From: an uncultured Clostridia bacterium
GTDB lineage: Bacteria; Bacillota; Clostridia; TANB77; CAG-508
Length of the DNA stretch: 64,000 bases
NCBI GenBank assembly: GCA_947581805.1
Contig: CANPVM010000007.1
Span: 5,760-69,759, forward strand
Direction of reading: 5' to 3'
The notes below the pieces were generated by a model. The model ran no database searches and was not told the origin of the DNA. It was given only the letters and a program-made list of their open reading frames with translations. Both the position numbers and the translations under genes were made by a program. Position 1 is the stretch's first letter. Each line of letters opens with the position of its first letter. This document shows, one piece after another, positions 10,682 to 22,541 of the stretch.

Positions 10682-10900
10682 AAAAAAGCAATTCTTATCC
10701 TATATTATAGGACGAATTGCTTTTTTTCCGTGGTACCACCTAATTTCATTAATATTTTTTATATTAACCTTATTTGCTCTTTAACGCAGAGAATACGCTA
10801 TTTCCTACTTTATTTTTTCAAAAATAGTTCTCAAAAGTGAAATTTCAGCAAGGGATATAGGATTGGCTTTCAGCAAGTTTACCTCTCTCTCTTTTTTCTA
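10682..10900 (-). promoter_or_regulatory. T-box leader with terminator upstream of pheS-pheT
   Basis: The minus strand contains the T-box sequence AAAUUAGGUGGUACCACGG (plus 10729-10748). It overlaps a terminator hairpin AGCAAUUCGUCCUAUAAUAUAGGAUAAGAAUUGCUUUUUUU (10682-10727). An AGAGAG element and a UUC-containing loop lie upstream. Confidence 0.8.
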
Positions 10901-11017
10901 TATTTTTTCCTTACTTACTTTGCTTTTTCTTCGAATTTTTTTATTACTTTTCTATATTACCATATTTTTCTTTTGTTTGTCAATGTTCTGCTCTATTTTT
11001 ATCAGTTATGATATGTA

Positions 11018-12730
11018 TTATAATTCTTCACATATAACATCAAATGCTTTGTATGAACCAATGCTTTCGTCATATTTAAATCTTGCATTGGTTACAACAT
11101 TATATCCTTCTACACTGACTTCATACTCTTCTCCATGTTTTAGATAAAGTGAGATATAACCTCCTGATGTTATAGTAGCATTATATACTTCTTGTGGGTT
11201 ATTAACATTTCTTATTGTTACATTTTTATCTGTAATTAATTCTGACGATTGATTTTTGAAATATATTTCGGCATTATATGTTGTTTTGTCATTTTCTCCG
11301 ATATAAGCATCAATTGCAAAATAATCTCCTTCTTTTATTAGAAAAGTAAATTGTTTCTTTGTGAAATCTGGAGTAAGTCCTGCTATTCCATATCCTTCTA
11401 CTTCTACTCTATAAGTTTTTCCATAGTCTAGCCTAAATACTGCATATCCTCCTTCAGTAGTTGTTCCTGTATGTATATCTACATTTTCTCTATTTACATT
11501 TACAATGGTTATGTTTGTATTAGGAACTTTTTGGTCTTTATAATTTAAGTATACTTCAATTATATATTGTTTTCCTTGTATTTTGTTGATTGCTTCATAA
11601 TCATGATATGCTATTCCTAATTTTGAATATTGATATTCATTATCAATTCCTTTCCAATTTTCTTGAGCAGCTTCTATTCCATCATTATAAAATGTATTTG
11701 CATCTATTATATCACCATTTGGTTCTCCTAATTCAACTATACTATCTATATATTTATTATATTTTTTAGCTAATTGCATTTCATTTCGAATAAGTTCTAT
11801 TGTATTATCTTTCCAATAATTCATAACACTTATTCCGTCACATCCGTTTTGTACTAACTCTTCTAATTGCTCTACACTAACCTCGTCAAACCAATATGGT
11901 ATACATTGCATTACCATTAAATTAAATTGTTTTGTATAATTATATGCGGCTATTTGTGTTTCTACATATGATTTGAATGCTTCTGGTTCACTAATTTGCC
12001 ATTCACTTGTTCCTGCTGGTTCTATATCTAATACTATTCCTAGAATTTTTTCATCTTCTCTTGCTTTTTCGTTATATTTTTTTACATTGTCCACTAGTAC
12101 ATTCTTTATTGGATTTATATCATATGACCAAGATGGATCACCATTTAAAGCTAGAACACTAATATCTTTATAGTATAATTCTTTAATAAATGATTTTGTA
12201 TCCTCTATATTGGTGGTCCAGTTTAATGGGTCAAAACATAAGTATACTGACGTGATTTTTAATTCCTCGCACATTCCCATAAAGTTTGTTCTATACTCTG
12301 GTAATGTTTGTTCCCAATCCCAACAATATAATATTGAATGATTAACATATATATCTTTTTTTATTTTTGCTTGACTTATAATGTCGGATATATCTATTTC
12401 TCCTTTATCTGTATCTAAAGCCTTGATTGTTTTATCATCATCTTCATATACAATATCTCCATATTTTTTTAGTATATCATCTAATTGCTCTTGTGTTATC
12501 CAACCATTATTGGCTATTTCGCTTTCCATAATATCAATTAATATTTCTTCTTTTAAACTATCAATTTCTGTATCATCTCTAGTTCCTATTACTTTGTTAA
12601 TTAAACCATTTTCTCCTGTAAATGTTGAAATTGTAACAAAACTTAAAATAATTAGTATAATCACTGTTACTACTAATGAAATTAATGTTATACCCTTTGA
12701 TTTATTGATATTTTTTTCTCTTGTTTGCAT
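11018..12730 (-). CDS. secreted or anchored protein: pilin-like N-terminal helix, putative TIM-barrel glycoside-hydrolase-like domain and two C-terminal beta-sandwich repeats
   Basis: The N-terminus KSKGITLISLVVTVIILIILS resembles a prepilin cleavage/methylation motif but has Ser where the conserved Glu+5 sits. The central region (YCWDWEQ..., GIVLDIEP, MNYW) resembles uncharacterised GH-like families. Two repeats of about 85 aa (TEGGYAVFRLDYGKTYRVEVEGYG and TSGGYISLYLKHGEEYEVSVEGYN) look like carboxypeptidase-regulatory-like folds. Confidence 0.5.
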   Translation of the reverse strand: MQTREKNINKSKGITLISLVVTVIILIILSFVTISTFTGENGLINKVIGTRDDTEIDSLKEEILIDIMESEIANNGWITQEQLDDILKKYGDIVYEDDDKTIKALDTDKGEIDISDIISQAKIKKDIYVNHSILYCWDWEQTLPEYRTNFMGMCEELKITSVYLCFDPLNWTTNIEDTKSFIKELYYKDISVLALNGDPSWSYDINPIKNVLVDNVKKYNEKAREDEKILGIVLDIEPAGTSEWQISEPEAFKSYVETQIAAYNYTKQFNLMVMQCIPYWFDEVSVEQLEELVQNGCDGISVMNYWKDNTIELIRNEMQLAKKYNKYIDSIVELGEPNGDIIDANTFYNDGIEAAQENWKGIDNEYQYSKLGIAYHDYEAINKIQGKQYIIEVYLNYKDQKVPNTNITIVNVNRENVDIHTGTTTEGGYAVFRLDYGKTYRVEVEGYGIAGLTPDFTKKQFTFLIKEGDYFAIDAYIGENDKTTYNAEIYFKNQSSELITDKNVTIRNVNNPQEVYNATITSGGYISLYLKHGEEYEVSVEGYNVVTNARFKYDESIGSYKAFDVICEEL

Positions 12731-12869
12731 TTTTTATTATCTCCTATTTTGATTTTACATTATTTGTATTGTATCAATTTTTTTATGCTTAAGCAATGAA
12801 TTATATAAAAAAATTGCGAAAAAATTTAAATAGATAAATTTTTTCGCAAAATCTTATGATTTTATATGA

Positions 12870-14513
<1,644 letters not shown>

Positions 14514-14517
14514 TTAT

Positions 14518-14793
<276 letters not shown>

Positions 14794-14862
14794 TTACCTC
14801 CTTATTTTTTAGAAAAACTATTGCAATTGAATAGTTAGTCTTTATAGATTTTTGTTATATTA

Positions 14863-14889
14863 TTAGCAGTCTTTATTCGAGACTGCTAA
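14863..14889 (-). promoter_or_regulatory. CIRCE operator (HrcA binding site) upstream of groES
   Basis: TTAGCAGTC-N9-GACTGCTAA, a perfect inverted repeat one base per arm away from the consensus TTAGCACTC-N9-GAGTGCTAA. Confidence 0.85.
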
Positions 14890-15125
14890 TAATTTATACC
14901 CATTTCTAAAAAATGTCAATACTATTTTGTAAAATTCACATAGTTTTCACAAAAAGAGTTTCATTTTAATTATATGATTATTCATACTTTTTCATTCTAT
15001 TATGTATTTCAAAAATAAATGATGTCTATTTACTTTATTTTGATTTAGGACATTTTTGACTTTTTTCGCGTTTTATAGTATAATTGTATTATATCAGAAA
15101 TTACATAACAAAAGGAGGTATGGTT

Positions 15126-15515
15126 ATGGGATTAATGGATAATATTCGTGGATTTTTTTCAGGTTCAAAAAATGCTGAAACATCACAACCACAACTAAAT
15201 GAAGAATACGAAAAATTAAGGTTAGCTGAAAACATAGTAAATTTAGTAGATAAAATTAAAAAAATAAATAGTTTTGACAGTAGTATTTGGAATTTATCAC
15301 ATACTTCTAGTTATGAATTAAAAAGAAAAAGTTTAGCTGAATTACAGAAACTTAATTCTAGTTTAGAAAACAGATTTGTAGAGCTTGATAAGCAAAGCAA
15401 AAATGTAAATCCTAAAATGGAAGCGCTTGAAGCTTCAAAATGGACAGGACAAAAGTCAAAAGACATGAGTGAACATGACTTTGATAGATTTCAAAGAAGT
15501 GATGATGGTAGATAA
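15126..15515 (+). CDS. hypothetical protein
   Basis: The ORF has a GGAGG RBS 7 nt before the ATG at 15126. A TTGACT-N17-TATAAT promoter lies at about 15056-15084 and a terminator hairpin at about 15518-15555. I recognise no domain. Confidence 0.55.
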   Translation: MGLMDNIRGFFSGSKNAETSQPQLNEEYEKLRLAENIVNLVDKIKKINSFDSSIWNLSHTSSYELKRKSLAELQKLNSSLENRFVELDKQSKNVNPKMEALEASKWTGQKSKDMSEHDFDRFQRSDDGR

Positions 15516-15563
15516 AAAATAGACGTTGCTATAAGCAATGTCTATTTTTTATTTTTTTAATTT

Positions 15564-16859
15564 TTATCTATCTTTAAATTTTCTATAGTTTATATTTTTC
15601 ATTATTTTCATTACATCCCCATAAATATAAAAACTACCTACAATAAAAGTAACTTTATTCTTTTGCTCTTTTGCATATAAAATTGCCTCTTCTAATGTCT
15701 TTATTTTAAGATTTGCATTGCCTGCTATTTGCTTTGCTGTATGATATAATTCTTCTGCTGCTACATATCTTTCTTTATCGTTTCCACTTGTAAAAACAAA
15801 AATTGCACTTTTATCTTGTAATAGTTTTTGTATTACTGTTTTATAATCTTTTGTTTTTAAAATAGAAATAATATAAATTTTTTCTTTTCCACTATAATAT
15901 TGATTTACTGTATTGACAAAATTTGTGATAGCTTCTTCGTTATGTCCTCCGTCATAAATAATCGTAGGGTTTTCTTGTAAAGTTTCAAATCTTGCTTTAT
16001 GTACAACTGTAGAAAGACCTTTTCTTACTTTTTCACTTTTTATCGCATAGCCTTGTTTTTCAATAATTTTAATTGTTTCTAAGCACACTGCTGCATTTTC
16101 AAACTGCTTGTCCCCTTTTAAATTCACTTTTATATCTTTTGTATCTTTATAATCAAATAATTCAAAATCTTGCTCATATCTTTTATTTTTTATATCTTCT
16201 TTTTTTATCGTAGTTAATTGATTTTTCTTTTGTTTACAAGTATCTTCTATAATATTTTGAACAGAAGGTATTTGCTCTATTATAACCGTATTAGAATTTT
16301 CTTTTATAATTCCTGCTTTTTGTATAGCAATTTCTTCTAAAGTACTACCTAAGATTGCCATGTGGTCGTAGCCAATGGAACTAATAATAGAGACCATAGG
16401 TTGTACAATATTCGTAGAATCATATAAGCCTCCTAATCCTGTTTCTAATACGACAAAATCACATTTTTGTTCTGCAAAATAATAGAATGCCATGGTTGTT
16501 AAGAGTTCAAACAAAGTAAAATTTTCTTCCGCTATTTTATTATAGGTTTCTATCTTGCTTTCTATTTTTTGTATTATTTCTTCCATTTCTTTATCTTCTA
16601 TGTTTTTATTATTGACACTAATTCTTTCATTATAGTCTATTAAATGAGGAGAAAGATATTTTCCTACCCTATAGCCATTTTCTATTAAAATATTGGTTAG
16701 CATTTCTGTAATGCTACCTTTTCCATTCGTACCTGCAATATGAATCACTTTACACTTTCTCTCTGGATGCTCTAATTCTTCCATCATATATTCCATTGCT
16801 TTTAAGGTTGGTTTTTTTGTTGTTTGATAAAAATTTTTAAAATATTCCTTTATATCCAT
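15564..16859 (-). CDS. folC: bifunctional folylpolyglutamate synthase / dihydrofolate synthase
   Basis: Mur-ligase-type P-loop HIAGTNGKGS. Probable start MDIKEYF at 16859; the track ORF extends to 16889. Confidence 0.85.
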   Translation of the reverse strand: MDIKEYFKNFYQTTKKPTLKAMEYMMEELEHPERKCKVIHIAGTNGKGSITEMLTNILIENGYRVGKYLSPHLIDYNERISVNNKNIEDKEMEEIIQKIESKIETYNKIAEENFTLFELLTTMAFYYFAEQKCDFVVLETGLGGLYDSTNIVQPMVSIISSIGYDHMAILGSTLEEIAIQKAGIIKENSNTVIIEQIPSVQNIIEDTCKQKKNQLTTIKKEDIKNKRYEQDFELFDYKDTKDIKVNLKGDKQFENAAVCLETIKIIEKQGYAIKSEKVRKGLSTVVHKARFETLQENPTIIYDGGHNEEAITNFVNTVNQYYSGKEKIYIISILKTKDYKTVIQKLLQDKSAIFVFTSGNDKERYVAAEELYHTAKQIAGNANLKIKTLEEAILYAKEQKNKVTFIVGSFYIYGDVMKIMKNINYRKFKDR

Positions 16860-17025
16860 AAAAAATCTCCTTTCTTTTTCATTCCACATGAAAAGGAAAG
16901 AAGATTTTTTCTTCTTTTTTCTTTCATAGCGGAATGCGAAAATAAATACGCAACTTTTTGTCTTGCCTTAGTAACAACTTCCCGTTTACTAAGTCTTAAC
17001 GATTTATTTTCTACTCTATTTTTTC

Positions 17026-18699
17026 TTAAAATATTCCTACAATATTTCCATTTTCATCTATATCTATTTGCTCTGCGGCAGGTTTTTTAGGAAGACCTGG
17101 CATCGTCATAATTTTGCCTGTTAATACTACAATAAACTCTGCTCCTGCTTTTAATTTTACTTCTTTTACGTGAATGTTGAAAGGTTCTTTACATTCTAAA
17201 TTTTTACTATCATCTGAAAAAGAATATTGTGTTTTGGCAATACAAATTGGTAGATTATTATGTCCTAGTTGTGTTATTTGTTCTATTTGTTCTTCTGCCT
17301 CTTTGGTGTATTCTACTCCTTCTGCTCCATAGATGTTTTTTGCTACTTTTTCAATTTTTGTTTTAATAGTGTCTTCTAATGTATAAATCGGTTCAAAATG
17401 TTCTTTTTCTTCACACAATGCTACTACTTTTTCTGCAATATCTGTTGCTCCACTTGAGCCTTTGCCCCATGCTTCTACTAAACTTAAAGCAACTTGTTTT
17501 TCTTGTAAAATTTCTTGTAAAGTACTAATTTCTTTTTCGGTATCTTGGTTAAATTTATTGATAGCTACAATAACATTTAAGCCAAATTTTTCTTTTATGT
17601 TTTCAATATGTTTTAATAAGTTTTTGCTTCCTTTTCTTAATGCTTCGATATCTTCGTTTGCTAGTTCTTCTTTTGGCATGCCACCATGGTATTTTAATGC
17701 TTTAATGGTAGCAACAATAACTACAGCGTCTGGTGCTTTTTCTAATTTTCTTGTTTTAATATCTAGGAATTTTTCTGCTCCTAAGTCTGCGCCAAAACCT
17801 GCTTCTGTTACAGTATAGTCTGCTAATTTTAAAGCAAGTTTGGTAGCTATAATGCTATTGCAACCATGCGCAATATTGGCAAATGGTCCTCCGTGAATAA
17901 TGGCTAGTGTATGCTCTAAAGTTTGTACTAAATTAGGGCAGAAAGCATCTTTTAATAAAACGCACATAGCTCCCTCTGCTTTTAAATCATGAGCTGTAAT
18001 AGGCTTTCCTTCTTTGTTGTAGCCAATGATAATATTGCCAAGTCTTCTTTTTAAATCTTCTAAACTAGTAGCAAGGCAAAAAATTGCCATAACTTCAGAA
18101 GCAACGGTAATATCAAAACCATCTTCTCTTGGTACAATATTTTTTTCATTAGATAGACCAGTATTTACCACTCTTAATTGTCTATCGTTTAAATCTACAC
18201 ATCTTTTCCATGTTACTTTTTCTATGTTTAGTTCATTTCCACTATAGATATGGTTATCAATCATAGCAGATAATAAGTTATTTGCAGAAGTAATAGCATG
18301 CAAATCTCCTGTAAAGTGCAAGTTAATGTCTTCCATTGGCGCTACTTGTGAATAGCCTCCTCCTGTAGCACCACCTTTAATACCAAATACAGGACCTAAA
18401 GATGGTTCTCTTAATGCTAAAATAACCTTTTTTCCTATTCTTTTTAAGCCATCTGCAAGTCCAATGGAAATGGTGGTTTTTCCCTCTCCTAATGGAGTTG
18501 GATTAATGGCTGTTACTAAAATTAATTTTCCATTTTCTTTATTTTTACATTCTTGCATTTCGTTTAGAGAAATTTTTGCTTTATATTTTCCATAAGGCTC
18601 TATATTTTCTTCTTTTATTCCTAAGTCTTTTGCTACTTTTGTGATTTCTTGTAATTTTACTTTTCTTGCTATTTCAATATCTTCCATTTTCATCACCAT
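17026..18699 (-). CDS. fhs: formate--tetrahydrofolate ligase
   Basis: TPLGEGKTT P-loop and full-length Fhs similarity. The start is ambiguous among three ATGs at 18687-18699. Confidence 0.95.
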   Translation of the reverse strand: MVMKMEDIEIARKVKLQEITKVAKDLGIKEENIEPYGKYKAKISLNEMQECKNKENGKLILVTAINPTPLGEGKTTISIGLADGLKRIGKKVILALREPSLGPVFGIKGGATGGGYSQVAPMEDINLHFTGDLHAITSANNLLSAMIDNHIYSGNELNIEKVTWKRCVDLNDRQLRVVNTGLSNEKNIVPREDGFDITVASEVMAIFCLATSLEDLKRRLGNIIIGYNKEGKPITAHDLKAEGAMCVLLKDAFCPNLVQTLEHTLAIIHGGPFANIAHGCNSIIATKLALKLADYTVTEAGFGADLGAEKFLDIKTRKLEKAPDAVVIVATIKALKYHGGMPKEELANEDIEALRKGSKNLLKHIENIKEKFGLNVIVAINKFNQDTEKEISTLQEILQEKQVALSLVEAWGKGSSGATDIAEKVVALCEEKEHFEPIYTLEDTIKTKIEKVAKNIYGAEGVEYTKEAEEQIEQITQLGHNNLPICIAKTQYSFSDDSKNLECKEPFNIHVKEVKLKAGAEFIVVLTGKIMTMPGLPKKPAAEQIDIDENGNIVGIF

Positions 18700-18869
18700 T
18701 TCTTTCTAAATGTACATATTATATTTGATAATACTATAACTTATTTTGTATTTTTTTACAAGATATATTACGAAATTAAATTCTCTTATAACGCAAAGAA
18801 GAGCTATGAAAGCTCTTCTTTGTATAACATTTTTAGATAAATTTAGTGAAATTTTTCATATTTCCTTAT

Positions 18870-19442
18870 TCAAAGAAAATAACCTTCAAAAGAACCATCT
18901 AATGCATCCTCGTCCTCAATAGCAGAAATTAATTCTTTTTGCTCTCTTCCATATACATCATAAAGTACAAGAATAAGGTCAGATTTGTGTTCAAATAAAT
19001 CTGAAATAAGAACATTTGTTAAATCATCATCTTGCAATTTAATTTCTGTTAAAATGTAGATGTATTCTTCTACAAATGATTCTTGGATTTCTTCTTTCGT
19101 TAAATCAAGAGTACCTCCACACATAACAAACTCAACAACTTTTTCTACCAATTTCTTCAGTTCTTTTTCATACTCTTTCAAGTCTTCTCGTTCTTTATCA
19201 ATCTCTGCTATCCTTTCTTTAATTGATTTTTGAAATGCTCCAATATCTGATATTTCATCTCTCGTATAAGATAAGTAATTTAAATTAAGTTCATGATACC
19301 ATTGGTTACGTTCGTCGCTTAGTTCATTCTTTTCCTTCCGTAATTTTACGTCCTTTCTCTTTATTTCCAAAATTTCAGAAACATAAGAAAGTGCACGATT
19401 GAATTCAAAAACTCTTAAATCCCGAATGTTTGTGTTTGCCAT
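18870..19442 (-). CDS. hypothetical coiled-coil-rich protein (orphan)
   Basis: 190-aa ORF with no recognised domain. It contains an in-frame CGG (TTA CGG AAG, 19338-19340) that is read through as Arg. Confidence 0.5.
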   Translation of the reverse strand: MANTNIRDLRVFEFNRALSYVSEILEIKRKDVKLRKEKNELSDERNQWYHELNLNYLSYTRDEISDIGAFQKSIKERIAEIDKEREDLKEYEKELKKLVEKVVEFVMCGGTLDLTKEEIQESFVEEYIYILTEIKLQDDDLTNVLISDLFEHKSDLILVLYDVYGREQKELISAIEDEDALDGSFEGYFL

Positions 19443-19550
19443 AGCACATGGCCCTCCTTTTTTAAAAAACTAATTTATAGTTACTTTTAAATCCAATATT
19501 TAGTTGTATTCATAATACTACACTATTTATTGTTATTTGTCAATAAAAAA

Positions 19551-19603
19551 GCAGGGGTGTCCCCACCGTTCCAAAATGGAACGAAAAGGGACGTCCCTCC
19601 TGT
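19551..19603 (+). repeat. G+C-rich palindromic intergenic repeat, family 1, copy a
   Basis: GCAGGGGTGTCCCCACCGTTCCAAAATGGAACGAAAAGGGACGTCCCTCCTGT. It is near-identical to the reverse complement of 36953-37004 and contains the GGGACGTCCC palindrome and a CGTTCCA/TGGAACG hairpin. Confidence 0.8.
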
Positions 19604-20038
19604 TCACCCAAAAATCATTCCTACTACTACACCAATAATTGCTCCTACAAATACTTGCACAGGTGTGTGTCCTAATACTTCTACCAATTTTTCTTGTACT
19701 TGCAAATTAGTTAATCCTGGTGTTTCAATTAGTTTGTTTAATAATTTTGCTTGTTTTCCTGCTGCCCTTCTTATTCCTGCTGCATCATACATAACTATGC
19801 AGGCAAATATAACAGAAAGAGCAAAAATAGGAGAAGTAAGACCTTGCGTTTTTCCTATCATAGTGGCAAGTGAAGTAACAACTGCAGAGTGAGAACTTGG
19901 CATTCCACCCGCTCCTAAAATACGTTTAAAATTAAATTTATGTGTTACTACTAAATCCCATATTACTTTAAATAATTGAATAAAAAACCATACCAAAATT
20001 GGTACAATTAAATATTTATATTGCATTAAAAATTCCAT
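19604..20038 (-). CDS. divergent PAP2-family membrane protein (DUF212 / YuiD-like)
   Basis: GGMPSSHSA...YDAAGIRR motifs and multiple TM segments. Confidence 0.75.
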   Translation of the reverse strand: MEFLMQYKYLIVPILVWFFIQLFKVIWDLVVTHKFNFKRILGAGGMPSSHSAVVTSLATMIGKTQGLTSPIFALSVIFACIVMYDAAGIRRAAGKQAKLLNKLIETPGLTNLQVQEKLVEVLGHTPVQVFVGAIIGVVVGMIFG

Positions 20039-20059
20039 AACAATCCCCTTTTGCTTTAT

Positions 20060-20284
20060 TTATTCTTCTGCGGCAAAATTTTCTTCTTCCATTTTACCCT
20101 CTTTTTGCAAAAGAATAGTAATTTTCTTTTCTGCTTTTTCTATAATTTCATTACATTGCTTTGAAAGTTCCATTCCCTCTTCAAACTTTGCTACTGCTTC
20201 TTCTAGGTTTAAGTCTCCTTTTTCTAATTCTCCTGCAATTGTTTCTAATTGTTTCATTGCCTCTTCAAATTTTACTTCCTTCAT
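20060..20284 (-). CDS. xseB: exodeoxyribonuclease VII small subunit
   Basis: 74 aa, FEEAMKQLETIAGELEKGDLNLEEAVAKFEEGMELSKQC. Confidence 0.9.
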   Translation of the reverse strand: MKEVKFEEAMKQLETIAGELEKGDLNLEEAVAKFEEGMELSKQCNEIIEKAEKKITILLQKEGKMEEENFAAEE

Positions 20285-20419
20285 GATTGATTCCTTGTTT
20301 TATATATTTAGGTTTTTTTAGGCTTTACCCATAAACCTTTTTCCATTTTATTAACATAGATTAAATTATATTTTTGAATAAATTCTTTACAATAATAAAT
20401 TTTTTATTTCTTGTTTATT

Positions 20420-20875
20420 CTAATTCATTTCTCGTTTTGTAAATGTTCCATTGTTAGTATTTACAGTATAAAATGCTAATGCTTCCGTTGTTTGGCTGTT
20501 TCGCACTGTGACAATATAACTACCATTGCCGTCAATACCATCTACTGAAAATTCGATATTAGCACCTTCTCCCCAATCTTTTTTTACAATATCAAGTGCT
20601 TTTTCTTTTTCTGTTTTTGGACTTTCTTCAAAAATTTCGCTAGATACTTCATTTTCTACTACAATTTCATTTGCCATTTGATTTTCAATTTGGTTTTCAA
20701 TTTCATTACTTATGATTTCATTTGTTTGTTCATTTTGTAATACATTTTCTTCTTCATTTACTGGTGTAGCATTAGTTTCATTTGTGTTTTTTTCTTGTTT
20801 ATTTCCTGTAAAAACAAATATAGCAATTGCGATAATCATGAGTAATATAATAATACCTATTGTTGACTTTTTCAT
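20420..20875 (-). CDS. membrane-anchored hypothetical protein with an Asn/Glu-rich linker
   Basis: N-terminal TM IGIIILLMIIAIAIFVF, a low-complexity NE-rich linker and a small C-terminal globular domain. It sits between xseA and xseB. Confidence 0.5.
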   Translation of the reverse strand: MKKSTIGIIILLMIIAIAIFVFTGNKQEKNTNETNATPVNEEENVLQNEQTNEIISNEIENQIENQMANEIVVENEVSSEIFEESPKTEKEKALDIVKKDWGEGANIEFSVDGIDGNGSYIVTVRNSQTTEALAFYTVNTNNGTFTKREMN

Positions 20876-20913
20876 ATTAATTTCCTCCTTATTTATTTGA
20901 TTTCATATTCATT

Positions 20914-22101
20914 TTATATCATTTTTGCTTCCTTTTCTCCATCTATAAAACGTAAATTAATCAAATCTCCTTTTTGTAAATTTTTGCTACTATGAATCGT
21001 TTTACCTTCCTTAGTTGGAATGCAATAGCCTCTTGTTAAAGTTTTTAGTGGGCTTAAAGTGTCTAATTTTGAAATCCATTCTACCATGTAAGTTTTCTTT
21101 TCTTTCAAAGTAAGTTTTATACTATTTTCCATGCGCTTGATTTGTTTATCTAGTAACATATAGTTTTCATTTACTTTTTGCATTGGATTTGTAAAGGCAG
21201 AAGATTTCATACATTTTTCATAACGTAATTTCATCAGTTCTACTTTTTTACGTAGTGCATTTTGAAATCTATTTTCATACCCATTTAGTTTTAGAACTAA
21301 ATCTTCAATATTTGGTACAGCAAGCTCTGCTGCTGCAGATGGTGTAGGCGCTCGTAAGTCTGCTGTAAAATCTGCTATTGTAAAATCTGTTTCATGCCCT
21401 ACTGCTGAAATAATTGGAAGTTTAGAAGCATAAATTGCCCTTGCTACAATTTCTTCATTAAAAGGCCATAGGTCTTCTAGAGAGCCTCCTCCTCTTGCTA
21501 AAATGAGCACATCAGCTAAATTTTCTTCATTCATCGTTTCAATTGCTTTCGCTATTTTTTCTGCAGCCCCTTGCCCTTGCACTGGTACTGGCAATAGCCT
21601 TATATGTACGTTTGGATTTCTTCTAGTTGAAACATTGATAATATCCCTAATAACTGCTCCTGTATTTGAAGTTAAAACTCCAATACATTTTGGCATAAAA
21701 GGAATTGGCTTTTTATGTGTTTTGTCAAATAAGCCTTCTGCCTCTAATTTTGCCTTTAACTTTTCATATTCGGCATGCAAGTCTCCAACGCCTTCTTGCT
21801 TCATAGCCTTGGCATAAATTTGATAAACGCCATCTCTTTCAAATACAGATACTGTTCCTAGTACCATAACCTTCATACCATCTTTTGGAACAAATTCTAA
21901 ATGTGGTGTATAGGTTTTAAACATTACACATTTAATAAGAGAGTTTTCATCTTTTAACGTGAAGTACATATGCCCTGTATAATGATGTTTAAAGTTTGAA
22001 ATCTCTCCTTTTACTAATACATTATTTAAATATTCATCCTCTTGGAACTTTCCCTTTATGTAGTTGTTTAATTCTGTTACACTAATTGGGTTATAAGTCA
22101 T
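20914..22101 (-). CDS. xseA: exodeoxyribonuclease VII large subunit
   Basis: OB-fold N-terminus and the catalytic region ...LILARGGGSLEDLWPFNEE... Confidence 0.93.
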   Translation of the reverse strand: MTYNPISVTELNNYIKGKFQEDEYLNNVLVKGEISNFKHHYTGHMYFTLKDENSLIKCVMFKTYTPHLEFVPKDGMKVMVLGTVSVFERDGVYQIYAKAMKQEGVGDLHAEYEKLKAKLEAEGLFDKTHKKPIPFMPKCIGVLTSNTGAVIRDIINVSTRRNPNVHIRLLPVPVQGQGAAEKIAKAIETMNEENLADVLILARGGGSLEDLWPFNEEIVARAIYASKLPIISAVGHETDFTIADFTADLRAPTPSAAAELAVPNIEDLVLKLNGYENRFQNALRKKVELMKLRYEKCMKSSAFTNPMQKVNENYMLLDKQIKRMENSIKLTLKEKKTYMVEWISKLDTLSPLKTLTRGYCIPTKEGKTIHSSKNLQKGDLINLRFIDGEKEAKMI

Positions 22102-22107
22102 TTTGTA

Positions 22108-22527
22108 TTACTCCTCTTGATTTAAGTTTTTTTCCTTTACAATACTTGCTAAAATTCCATTTATAAAGGACTTAGAAGAATCATCTCCATATTTTTTAGC
22201 AAGTTCTACTGCTTCGTTAATGACTACTTTATAAGGTAGTTTTGAATATATTAATTCAAAAATAGCAAGTTCTAAAATAGCAAGATTAATTTTTGAAATT
22301 CGTTCCATTGACCATTTTTCTTTTAAATTATTTGCTATTAAATTAGTAATTTCTTCTTTGTTTTTCTTAATACCCTCAAAAATGGTTTTTATATATTCTG
22401 CTTGAGATTTATTTTGTATCTCATTTTCTTGGATAAATAATTCAATTTGCTCATCTTCCATTTCTTTTTGAATTTCAGTGCTATATAATAATTGGAATGC
22501 TAATTCTCTTGTTTCTGTTCGTTTCAT
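22108..22527 (-). CDS. nusB: transcription antitermination factor NusB
   Basis: RELAFQLLY...INEAVELAKKYG...FINGIL. Confidence 0.9.
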   Translation of the reverse strand: MKRTETRELAFQLLYSTEIQKEMEDEQIELFIQENEIQNKSQAEYIKTIFEGIKKNKEEITNLIANNLKEKWSMERISKINLAILELAIFELIYSKLPYKVVINEAVELAKKYGDDSSKSFINGILASIVKEKNLNQEE

Positions 22528-22541
22528 TGGATGTTCCCCTT

